A DNA stretch of 63,957 nt, the filler included, from Calcarisporiella thermophila CBS 279.70 (Eukaryota > Fungi > Calcarisporiellomycota): assembly GCF_041956535.1 (NCBI RefSeq). It is 12 parts of 11 records of this genome, joined end to end, with 100 filler letters (N's around TTAATTAATTAA, not from the genome) between each part and the next. Parts side by side here need not be neighbours in the genome. Positions count along the whole stretch, not along the records: positions 1 to 4,302 come from NW_027192212.1; positions 4,403 to 8,353 come from NW_027192257.1; positions 8,454 to 16,098 come from NW_027192219.1; 9 more parts are not named here. The stretch is one strand, 5' to 3'. Both the position numbers and the translations under genes were made by a program. The stretch's first letter is position 1. The number at the start of each line of letters is the position of its first letter. A model generated the notes under the pieces. It saw nothing but the letters and a program-made list of their open reading frames with translations. It was not told the DNA's origin and searched no databases. Positions 1 through 10,132 of this stretch are shown here, piece after piece.

Positions 1-33
1 CCCAGGGATAGTCCACTACACTAACCCTCCCCC
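1..33 (-). mobile_element. 5' end of tRNA-derived SINE-A (second copy, cut by window edge)
   Basis: GGATAGTCCACTACACTAACCCTCCCCC is identical to 2923-2950 of the full SINE-A copy; joined directly to LTR-end sequence at 34. Confidence 0.75.
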
Positions 34-103
34 ACTAGTTCCTAATTAATGTCGGAGCTTGAATATCGTTGGGATAGCTTGATATGTGACTCGAGTTATG
101 ACA
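34..103. mobile_element. LTR terminus (family T1) 11 bp upstream of tRNA-Leu
   Basis: Near-identical in reverse complement to 27531-27600; ends ...TTATGACA (TG..CA-type terminus) facing the tRNA 5' end. Confidence 0.6.
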
Positions 104-114
104 TGCCCATATTA

Positions 115-196
115 GGCGAGATGGCCGAGTGGTCTAAGGCGTCACGTTTAGGCCGTGATCTCTTCGGAGGCGTGGGTTCGAACCCCACTCTCGTCA
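115..196 (+). tRNA. tRNA-Leu(UAG)
   Basis: Acceptor GGCGAGA/TCTCGTC, D-loop TGGCCGAGTGG, anticodon arm TCACG-TT-TAG-GC-CGTGA, long variable arm, GGTTCGAACCC. Confidence 0.95.
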
Positions 197-857
197 TATA
201 TTATTTTTAATTCTTAATGTTATTGTTAAATTATATATTCACTATAGTTTTTATATATAGAAAATGTACTTAACATAGAATGGGGTATCCTTTTAGTATT
301 TTCAATTTTCAATTTGAAGGATTTTTGATACATTTCTATTTATTTTGCTTTTCCTTTAAATGAATTTATTATGAGAACAGGGCTACGAGGGGAATAAGGT
401 TGTGACGGCGTTTTAAGTTCGATACCTTTCAAAAGGACGATGCATATATTAGCACCACTAAACATTATAACAGGTCTTTATTAAGCAATATCCTTGATTT
501 TTGGTTTTTATCGATTAATATTATTTACTTTGAGATTTTATTAAGTATTATCATGAGTTTTATTGAGCATTATGTTTTATTTTGGTTATAGTGAATACTT
601 TTAGCAACACTATAAAAAGAGCAACATATTTTTAGGTAATAAAGCAAGAAGTCAAAGTTTACTCTTACATTAAGTTCTCCACCCCTCCTAAGTACGAGTC
701 TGCATTCGTGAAGGCAGGCAATTTAGGATAGTGATCAGATACCTGCGATAATCTCTTCCTACAACACCTCACCTATCTCCAACGCAACAGTGATAATTCC
801 CACTGATTCCAGGCAAAAGATTATAAGACCTGCGAGTCAAGTGAACTCGTGAACAAT

Positions 858-1258
858 GGCAATTAGCACTGGGTATGATGCAAATGGGGCATTCTATGCA
901 AACATTGTTCTGCCAAAGATTTTCTGAGGGGACAGGAAGGAGGATCCGATGGAGTGGATTGAGAACATGGAGTCCCTCATTATGCTAAACGTCCGGTATA
1001 ACGAGGCTGCGCTCCGTACGGTGAAGTACTACTCTAAGGATATTTCAGGAGACTGGTATTGTGAGAAAGCCTTAGATAACACATCGTTCAACGACTTCAA
1101 AAGGTTTTTCTTGAAACGTTTCTGGACCGAAATTCGTGTAGAGCAGTGGTGTTATGAACTGGAGGAGCGGAAACAACAACATGGGAAATCAATCGGCCGA
1201 CTTGCCCATTATATGAACAAACTGATGAGGAGGATCGATATGCAAGTTGAAAGAGAAA
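858..1258 (+). pseudogene. Degenerate Ty3/gypsy gag fragment
   Basis: Retrotransposon-gag-like peptide (DPMEWIENME...WY...SFNDFKRFFLKRF...LEERKQQHGKSI); frameshifted and truncated. Confidence 0.55.
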
Positions 1259-1643
1259 CTAGTGATTCGGCCCTGGGGTCCCAAAAAAAGGGAAAATTTT
1301 TTTTTTGGTTTTTTTCCTCTAAGGATGCGAGAACTTACGCCCTGTGGTTTATTTAAACTATATTACATGTGAGGGAAACCTCTGAACAAAATTATTAGGT
1401 ACAGGAAAACAAGTGATGAAGCTTAAAGAATTCCGTGCTTAAGAGGATCAATTTATGTATTCTTTACTTCCTCGAGATCGAAAACCACTTTGTTATCATC
1501 GATCCGAATTAGCAAGAGAAGGGGAAAAAAGAATTTTTTTTTGAAGCTACGGATATTTACTGAAAAGTATCCTCATGAAGTTAATCGTTGAAGGTGAATC
1601 AAACGTCATATGCCTTTGTGCAGATTATAGCCAATTGTTGACA

Positions 1644-2613
1644 GACTTTTATTAGTTTCCGTAGCTTACAAGAGTTTAATGATTACAATGAAATAAGAAA
1701 GGGGGGAATAAAGGGTAAATTAGATGTATATAGTGATCGGGTATTTGGTGAGAGATATGAAGTAAAGAGGAGGAGAGGAGGAAAAGAGCGGATAGGGAGA
1801 GAGGAAGGGTTGCTTCGTCACTCCAGTTTTAGTCTTGCTCTATCTGAACTTTCTATTACCGCTCCCTGACTGCTCCACATTCTTCGGAATAACTCTATCT
1901 CTCGTCTTTTTCGTGCCTTTATCAGTTCAGCTCCGATAGCCTCCTCGATGTCCATTTTGGCACGGACGATGATTGTCTCGGGTGATGCTCGAATGCATTC
2001 GAAATGGTAGGCGATTTGGTCCCGATGGATTTGCCATAATACGGAATCGAAGACGATATGAGCCGTGTGTCTTACTGTCCTCGGGGCTTCTGGTAGGTCG
2101 CCAAGTACGAGATTTCTGGGGTTCAGCACCTGAGTGTTTAGGGGGCCTGAGATGGTGTTGATACACCTCTCCGCCCAATGCCACACTGGAGTGAGTTCGG
2201 GACATTTGAAGAAGGTGTGCCGGATTGTGTCCCTCGGGGCGTTACAGTGGGTACATCTCGGGTCATGACCGGGGAATGTCGAATTTGTAATTACACGCTC
2301 TACGAGGATTCGCCAGCGTAGTGTGCGATGTTTTGGGAGGGTTGGCCGTTTTTTGGAGAGCCATCTATGCACACTGACGCTTGAAAATCTTCGTGTAATC
2401 TATGGATAAAGGATCGAAATCGCGGGCCAAAATTGAACTTCTCTAGGCACCTCTGTATCCATGACCAACACACCCGGTCATAGACCTTTTCTTGGTCAAG
2501 AAAGAGGAGAGCACCGTTGACCTTATTTTTGGTCGCGTGGTCGATGGTTTGTTGCATAGCTAGTGCATTCTCGTGGGCTCGCCTCCCTGGGGCAAATCCA
2601 CATTGATCCACGT
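1644..2613 (-). mobile_element. 5'-truncated, internally deleted L1/Tx1-type LINE (family L-1)
   Basis: 2360-2613 matches the RT region at ~56735-56992 (DQCGFAPGR...LDQEK.YDRV); fused to the C-terminal zinc-finger region (CTHC...HTFFKC) and 3' UTR matching 22143-22705. Confidence 0.9.
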
Positions 2614-2629
2614 GGGAAAGGAAAAATTC

Positions 2630-2950
2630 TTTTTTTTTTACCAATCAATGGAAACTTTTTATTTAATTTCCATATATTACATGACTTAACATAACGAGAT
2701 ACAGGTCCTTGATCGATAGGGGTTCAATCGATATGCGTGTATCGTAGTTGTCGTGAATAGCATGTACGTGAAACCAATGTAATCTTAGTACTTATCGTAG
2801 GAGGGATCCTTTCAATAAAGGAGACCCAATTTCTGATCAAGTGGACAGCAGCCACAAACTAAGAGTAAGTGCTGGTGGGAAAAGTGGGATTCGAATCCAC
2901 GCCGTTCTCATCGGAATACCAAGGATAGTCCACTACACTAACCCTCCCCC
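2630..2950 (-). mobile_element. tRNA-derived SINE-A, complete, with 16-bp TSD
   Basis: Head with A box TAGTGTAGTGG, B box GGATTCGAATCC and ...TTTTCCCACCA; tail AATAAAAAGTTTCCATTGATTGGT-polyA; TSD GGGAAAGGAAAAATTC at 2614-2629 and 2951-2966. Confidence 0.85.
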
Positions 2951-3023
2951 GGGAAAGGAAAAATTCCTTTGTGACTGTCAACTTTATATATCCATACTAA
3001 AAACTAATTTTCTCAAGTCATTC

Positions 3024-4302
3024 TGTTACGGGCGAAAGGAGGTTTGTGTGGAGGGGTGTCCGGATCTTGATAAAAATAAGGAATTTATCTTTATAATTCA
3101 GGGAATTGGTGAGGACAACAAGACAAAATAGATGGGTTTAAATAGGGATGGGAAATCAAGAAAATGACTCAAAATAGATGTTCCCAAGGATGAACTAAAA
3201 ATGCATCTTTCCAAAACAAACGATCACAAAGAAACAACAAAAGATCAACAATGCAACCTTAACTTCGGTCATGTGATGTCTTCGGGTGAACCGGCTTACT
3301 GTAAAGACCACCATCTCACCTCCCGAGTATCTAAGTGACTGCTTATGTGACTTTCCGTACCAAAAGCCAATATCCTCGTAACATTTCCCCCCTGATTAAG
3401 TCGAGGCTCCTGACCGACTTCTCATACATTATATCTCTTAACCTTTCCCATTGATTAAAGGGTAACTGAGTTGTAATCATTTAAACCGTCTAATCGAACC
3501 GTTGTCCTTGTCAAGCAAAACCGTGTCTGTAATAACCGTTTCTCATCAAGTTCGTCTTCGAAAACGTTACTATCTCTTTGACGAGTTTTTGAACAAATTT
3601 GATAGGCCATCCGCAGGATTTCCAATTCTCCTGTACTGTTTCGTGGTGAAATATTACGGTAAGAGGAAGATACTTCGTCTAAACTTCTTCTTGCTGGGTA
3701 CCCTGAGTGTAAAAACATCCTCAGCAAGGTCGAGTGTTCATTGCCAGTTGTTCCAGATCGGTATTCACGTTTTTACTTTTCGACCCTTTCCGTCCTGGCT
3801 ATCTTACGTTTTACTTTCACTACTCGTCCATCCTTGCTCTACTATCGCTCCTAACCCATCACCACTTGTATCTGTAAACTTCACATCGACGGCTCCCTTC
3901 CATCGTATTGCTCTTTAGTACCAGCTCCGCTCCGCATCCGATCAACTCTTCCTGACAGTGCTACTCATCGTAGTCTCTAGAGTTTGCGGTTCCATTCGGT
4001 ACCCTTCAAGCAGCTAATTCAGGGCGTAGATCATACACGAAGAAATAGATCCTCATTTTCCCCTGAATGCCCAATTCCCGAACGTTTAATCCATGGCGCT
4101 ATCCTCCACTTTACCTTCCAAACTCCCGAGTTGCACTCTTTTGAGACTCCTCACAGAGTTTTGCCCAGGTGCCCACTTTTGACTCGTTACGTTGCTTACC
4201 AAGTTGCTGCATTCCAACAACGATCCCACAACATTGCAAGCGACTTCTTCTGACCAACTTTGGCTAGTGTTTTACTTGATTTAAAACCTCGCAGCCAACT
4301 CG
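3024..4302 (-). mobile_element. 3' LTR (3024-3383) plus degenerate internal region of an LTR retrotransposon (family T2)
   Basis: TGTTACG...CGTAACA termini; both ends similar to solo LTR 51340-51720; polypurine tract AGGGGGGAAA abuts the LTR on the minus strand. Confidence 0.75.
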
Positions 4303-4402
4303 NNNNNNNNNNNNNNNNNNNNNNNNNNNNNNNNNNNNNNNNNNNNTTAATTAATTAANNNNNNNNNNNNNNNNNNNNNNNNNNNNNNNNNNNNNNNNNN
4401 NN
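4303..4402. other. Artificial contig spacer (also at 8354, 16099, 22043, 27606, 41009, 51236, 55294, 57914, 59566, 62664)
   Basis: Identical 100-nt N-run/TTAATTAATTAA/N-run linker with stops in all six frames, repeated 11 times. Confidence 0.98.
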
Positions 4403-4559
4403 AAGGCCAGTGTATTATTATAGGTAAGGATCAGATATAATATCATTTTTCTTATTACACTACTAATAAACACTCCTATTTTTCTCTTTATATTTTTTTT
4501 TACTATTATTATTATAGTAAACTATAGGAGTCCGAAAGTCGAAAACTACTTTCGTTACA

Positions 4560-6046
4560 CTTAGCTCCGTCGAAACTCCAGTTGGTTCAGTAAACCTCTC
4601 TGTTATCATGAATGCAACGAACGGAGACAAACTACAATTCTTCCTGGACTTCCTCGTCGTAGAAAATGTCCCTCCAGGTATAATTATCGGCACGGATACA
4701 ATGGCACCTTATGCAGCAAATATTCTATATGAACCGCCGATGATTTCTTTTCTGTCAAATCCTGGACTAACATTCCGCCTTTGACGTGAGGAGAAACAGC
4801 ACGCTCCGAATGTGTTCAGGGCAGTGGTATCCCATTGTCAGGTCATCCGCCCGGGATATCAAGCTCTAATTTCAGTGCGATTAACCAACCGGCAATCAGC
4901 CTTTGATACACTCCTAGAACCGGTGTGTCTGAGAGGAGGAAGAATTGCTGTACAAGCTGCGAGGACCATCGTTAAGGCCGGGAATCACCATGTACATTTT
5001 CCAGTTGCTAACGCTGGCAGTGAACCAATTACACTTATGCCTGGAGAGCTCGTTGCTTTGGCACAACCGTTTTCGTTCTCCGCGTACGTCGTAGCTCCCG
5101 CCCAAAAAACAGAAGATACTGATATCACGGGAGAGAAACATCATAGACACTTATTCCTCGAAGCCTTGTCTGCAGCCCATTTGAATCCCGAGCTAACACC
5201 AGAACAACTGAAAGCAGTAAAGGAGATGCTCTGGAAACACCATAAGGCTTTCTCGTTGGATGGTCGTCTTGGCAACACCAACCTTTTATCGATGGATATT
5301 AACACGGGGAACGCCAAACCAGTCCCACTAACTCCATATCGAGCGTCACCACGAGAGCGCGAGGCGATTAAGAAGGAGGTCCAAGAACTTATGGCGCAAG
5401 GGATCGTCGAGGAGTTTAACTCTCCATGGGTCGCTCCAGTAATCCTTGTCCCCAAAAAGGATGGTGGATTACGTTTCTACGTCGACTTCCGGCGTTTAAA
5501 TGCGGTTACCGTCGCCGATCATTACCCTTTACCGCGGATAGACGATCTCCTCTCTCATCTTTCAGGCAAGTCATGGTTCACTTCCTTCGACGCTAACAAG
5601 GGGTCCCACCAGATTCCTCTCACCTCTGAAGACGATCGTGCAAAAACGGCATTTCGAACTCATCTGGGCTTACATCAATATACGCGAATGCCGTTTGGGG
5701 TAAAAAACGGGCCCTCAATTTTCCAACGACTAATGGACCGCCTTCTCGGGAAACGCAAGTGGAAGATGGCAGTAGTCTACATCGACGATCTTATCATCTC
5801 AAGCAAGACCTTTGAGGAACACCTCTCTCATTGCTCCACCATTCTTTCACTCGTCATTAGCGGCGGCCTCACTCTATCACTGAAGAAGTCCTATCTCTTC
5901 TTCCCGAAGCTGACGGCACTTGGGCACTCTGTTTCAGGACTCGGGATAGCAACCTTGGAAGACAAAACGCGCACGGTAGCTCAGTGGGAAAGACCAACTA
6001 CTGTAAAAGTATTGCAAAAATTCTTGGGCTTAGCAGTATACTACCA
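4560..6046 (+). mobile_element. Ty3/gypsy pol fragment (protease end, dUTPase-like linker, RT), truncated
   Basis: RT motifs VPKKDGGLRFYVDFRRLN, YPLPRIDDLL, MPFGVKNGPSIFQ, YIDD; homologous to 18396-20357; stop upstream and truncation before RNase H. Confidence 0.9.
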
Positions 6047-6442
6047 CATGTTACATATGTTACTTTCAGATCTTCTTAATCTCTGTGTCTACGTATCTAC
6101 GTCATCATTTATTGGATATATATACGTACATTTGAGAATGTAATAAATCAATAAGGAGTTAAATCTTCCTCTCCAACTAAAAACCCCCGTCACAATATTC
6201 GAATAAAAGCTAAGCCCCAAAATTGATGGCTTGGTTTGATCCCAAATTAGGGTTTTTGCCAGCGGAGCTTAAAACTAGTTTATTAGGCGCTTGATTAACC
6301 TTGGAAAACAGGTACATAATCATACCCTGCAGGTATTCCTTAATATAGTGTAGATCGCAAATATTTTTACAATGATATTCCGATCCATTCTTCTAGGATA
6401 GTTATTGATTAATTAATTAATATAGGAAATATGACATATAAT

Positions 6443-6713
6443 TGCAACGGTTTTTCGGCAACCTGTATTGTATATGTCGTCCTGCTACACATATTTAGAA
6501 TGGCTTGCCTTAGATAATGTTTTAGCTTTGTAATATTACGCCAGTTTTACATTAGCCATTTAACGCCAGCTTGTATTATGTAAAGAATGTATTTTCTGAA
6601 GTTTATAAATAGTCCTTGATTTTTGTAGAGAATAAATTAATCAATCTTTTCTTGAATTACTTGAATTGGAATATTTGGAACTCCGAACCCTCCAGAACTC
6701 GAGAAGAATTACA
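6443..6713 (+). mobile_element. Possible solo LTR
   Basis: TGCAAC...ATTACA ends, internal TATAAATA and AATAAA, near-matching 5-bp flanks ATAAT/ATATT. Confidence 0.35.
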
Positions 6714-6932
6714 ATATTCCATAAAAAAATCCATATATCTATCCATATAAAAATTCATCAAAGTCTTGAAAAGAATCTCTTAGGTTAGAAAATATTCAAA
6801 TAAATCAACGTTTTGTACTGCAAGAAAATAAAGTGTAGTAAAAGGTAAAAATATCTTTATTACGCAGTGACCTGGGTCAATTCAATGCTAACAGAGTACT
6901 TTTAAGAAAAAGGTTTTACAATGGTACTTAAT

Positions 6933-8250
6933 TTATGAATTGTTGCTATCTTTCAAATACTTAAGATAGCTCACATGTCGCTCGGAAAATAACTCCGAGA
7001 TATTTCGGCTATCAATAATGCCTATGAGTTGTGGCCTTATTCGACTATCAACGCTGCGCGTTTCGTAATTATGAGAATTAATAACCATCGGCGAACCTGG
7101 AAAATTAGCCGGATATGTAATCATAATACGAATGATTCCATGTTGGCTACGTTGCTTAAGAATCCTCAAAAGTGGCACTGTGCGCTCCACGTCGATCATG
7201 TTGCCATTTTTATCATGATATAATAGATCCGGATCAGTCGTTCGGAGAGAAGCATTATCAACATGGTTGCGTAGCTTAACCTGGACAAGAACAGGAAGAT
7301 GAATTTCTCCAGAAACTCCGCGAATTTGCACAAAAAATATTATATCAGGACCTGCAAAATTGTCCGGAGCGAAAAAAGCGGGTCTTGAAGCAGCATCGTC
7401 TTGCAAATATTTAGAGAGATTATATTCAGAACTCGAGAGAAATAGCTTGACATTCGGAAATCTTGGCTTGGTTGGAGTCACAATTTCCGCAAATTCAAAA
7501 AACCAGGGCAGATCCAAATCCTCCAAACCGCGAAATAGCGTCAGTTGAACTAACTTTTTCGTTCCATCAAAAATACGTTCCATCTCTTCGGGGATACAGC
7601 GTTCCCAAAGTTTGCCAATTATTGCAGGATCAGACTTGAAAGAGGCCATTGTTTGGTATATGGCGTCAATCATTTTGTGTCGATCATGAAAAAAGCTAAT
7701 AGCCGCCTTGATAACCAGTGGTTCATCAATGAAAGCCGCTAAACCAGAGAACGGGACTGAGATCATGATGGATTCGGCTCTACCTGGTATTATTTCCTGC
7801 TCTTGTTGAACTAATTTATCAATCGAAATTTCGCCTGATTTTACACGTTCTAGTCTGGGGTGCTCGAATGGCAAAATATAACGCATACGACATAGTCCTT
7901 TTTCAACCAGTTGAAGGTCATTCCCAATAAAATAGCGCGGTTGTCCTGAATAAACGTAAGTTAATACTGCATCGTGTATTTGCTCTAGGAGTTGCCAGCC
8001 GCCTTCTGATTTTTCAATTTGAACAAAGGTAGCATAGTGCGAGTATTTCGAACTAATTCTTGAGGTAGTTGGCCCCCCTTCTTTCGCAGTGGTACCCGCT
8101 ATTACTTCATCTAAAGCTCTATCGTAAGAATAACCTCGTATCATTAATTCAAGGCAAGTAACAAGCGGGCGATAACGCCCGCGACAGAGGTTAAAAGCTT
8201 GTAAGGATTGCTCCCGAGAGATTTCCAAGAATCGCGATGCATATGCATGA
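6933..8250 (-). CDS. Crinkler (CRN)-like protein, C-terminal PD-(D/E)xK restriction-endonuclease-like domain; 5' end missing
   Basis: GKLWE...PAFFAPDNFAGPDIIFFVQ...VLVQVKLR motif set typical of fungal CR-REase proteins; reading frame stays open up to the telomeric repeat. Confidence 0.65.
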
Positions 8251-8252
8251 AC

Positions 8253-8353
8253 TTAGGGTTAGGGTTAGGTTAGGTTAGGTTAGGTTAGGTTAGGTTAGGT
8301 TAGGTTAGGTTAGGTTAGGTTAGGTTAGGTTAGGTTAGGTTAGGTTAGGTTAG
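8253..8353 (+). repeat. Telomeric repeat: (TTAGGG)2 followed by (TTAGG)n to contig end
   Basis: Perfect G-rich tandem repeat running 5'->3' toward the contig end. Confidence 0.9.
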
Positions 8354-8758
8354 NNNNNNNNNNNNNNNNNNNNNNNNNNNNNNNNNNNNNNNNNNNNTTA
8401 ATTAATTAANNNNNNNNNNNNNNNNNNNNNNNNNNNNNNNNNNNNNNNNNNNNCCGCAGTCTATTTGATTGAGAAGGTATTTATTGTATCGGTTCAGATA
8501 GAAATGGGCTGGAAATTGTCCCAGAGAGCCAAGATTATCCTCTTCAATCATTTATTTTAATTTTTTTTCGCTTTTCCAAAAATTAGCTTTTTTTTTCTTT
8601 TGGTCGTGTTATATTTCTTGCTACAAGTGACAAAGTTACTGGCACAAATTTATGAGCAGTGAAATTTTCTATTTTTATTTGATGTTATATTCTATTTTAT
8701 TTTCATAAGTGCTACTTGTTTTATTTATTAAAGTTGCCAACAAAAAGACCAAGTTTGC

Positions 8759-9258
8759 TTATTCTTCGACTAAGACTTGTTGGATGAAATCTTTCATACG
8801 GATTGGAGCATTTGTCACGCTAAGCTCTCCTGTATCAGTGATCGGATTTCCGTGCCTATAGGCAACGACGCATGGAACCATCACAGGGCCCTCCTCCTTG
8901 GTGATGGCTGCATCTTGTATCTCCTATAATAAAAAATTTAAGATTATCTCTCTTGATATAAGTATCCACACATAAAATTGATTCTATTACGTACTGGATG
9001 CTTATTGACGTCGATTTGGCCAAATGCAACATTCCTGAACTGAGCTACAAGACCAGAAAAGACTTGTGGGAGAGGATCCATGCCCATGACCATACCTCCC
9101 CTGTAGAACAAAAGAGCGACCTTTGTGATTTTAAGATTTATATGTCATTATAACAACGATGTTCTTAGAGTAGCGTTAGAAAGAGAAGTCCTTACCAGCT
9201 TGTTCTTCCCGAGAAGTTCGTGATATTCCTCAACAGTTTTAAGTTCCTTTACTCCCAT
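8759..9258 (-). CDS. Thioredoxin-fold protein lacking CXXC (3 exons, ~117 aa)
   Basis: Hand-spliced GT-AG: MGVKELKTVEEYHELLGKNKL|VALLFYRGGMVMGMDPLPQVFSGLVAQFRNVAFGQIDVNKHP|EIQDAAI...VPCVVAYRHGNPI...*; follows the thioredoxin pattern. Confidence 0.7.
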
Positions 9259-10132
9259 GGCTTTGTTGGATGATGGTTAGGTTAGCTTCTAAATGGTCTA
9301 TTGCTATAATTTATTTTGAATTTAAAAATGCTTTTACTAGGTTTAAGTCTGCATACACTAGTACACTAAAGATGGAATTCTTTGAAATTTACTGTATTTT
9401 GCTACCACAATTTTTGAGTTGGTATTTGATTAAAATTCACTTGCTTTATCAATCATATTCAAAAATATCGGGGAATTTTTAAGGAGCTTTTTTGCCTGGC
9501 CGTAGAATCTCAGCCGAGCCCTGTTTCCATAAATATTTTTCGGTCCAAAATTTTTTACTTGGGCCGAGACGAATTAATTTTCATAAGGCACTCTCCCCGT
9601 TTTCCATATTCACTTTGTCAAAATTCATTGTGAGCCAATAGGTGTCTTTGTTACTAAAAATTCCTTAAAATTTACGCGATTTCCTAACTGTGGTTTCTTA
9701 TAGGGTAAGAATTCATAATAAATTTATAAAGAGCAGATATAAAATAAAAATGCTAGGGTAAAGATTGAGAATTTGTTAGTATGTTAGTATTGTAAAAAGC
9801 GCATATATGCAAAACCAAGTATTGAATGGATACAACAAGGGTCAAATTACGATCACTGAAAACGCCCAGTCATTGTGTTCAGATTAAAGGAGATATTTCC
9901 GACAGTGCCCGAGGCGAGTGCGTATTTTTATTCAGCTTAAAACCCTTGTCGAATTTTGAATCTTTTTGTTATTTTCATCAAATAACGATTTTTTTTGGTT
10001 AACTAATTAATCTCATATAATAACTGAATTTTCAATGCAATTATAGCTCCTTGTACAAGTGTTGTATCTAATTGCTCAAATTAATCCTTTCTTTCCCTGC
10101 GGTTATTCATCACTAATGCATACGCTTAAATT

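Noticed and set aside
1258-1643. Possible Helitron or DNA-element fragment ending CTAG on the minus strand
   Set aside because: No convincing subterminal hairpin or A-TC 5' junction
197-2950. TRE3-like targeting downstream of tRNA genes (arrays lie 3' of Leu, Phe and iMet tRNAs)
   Set aside because: Distances to the tRNA 3' ends vary widely; the upstream fixed-distance model explains the junctions better
4303-4402. TTAATTAATTAA palindrome repeated 11 times
   Set aside because: Artificial concatenation linker inside N runs
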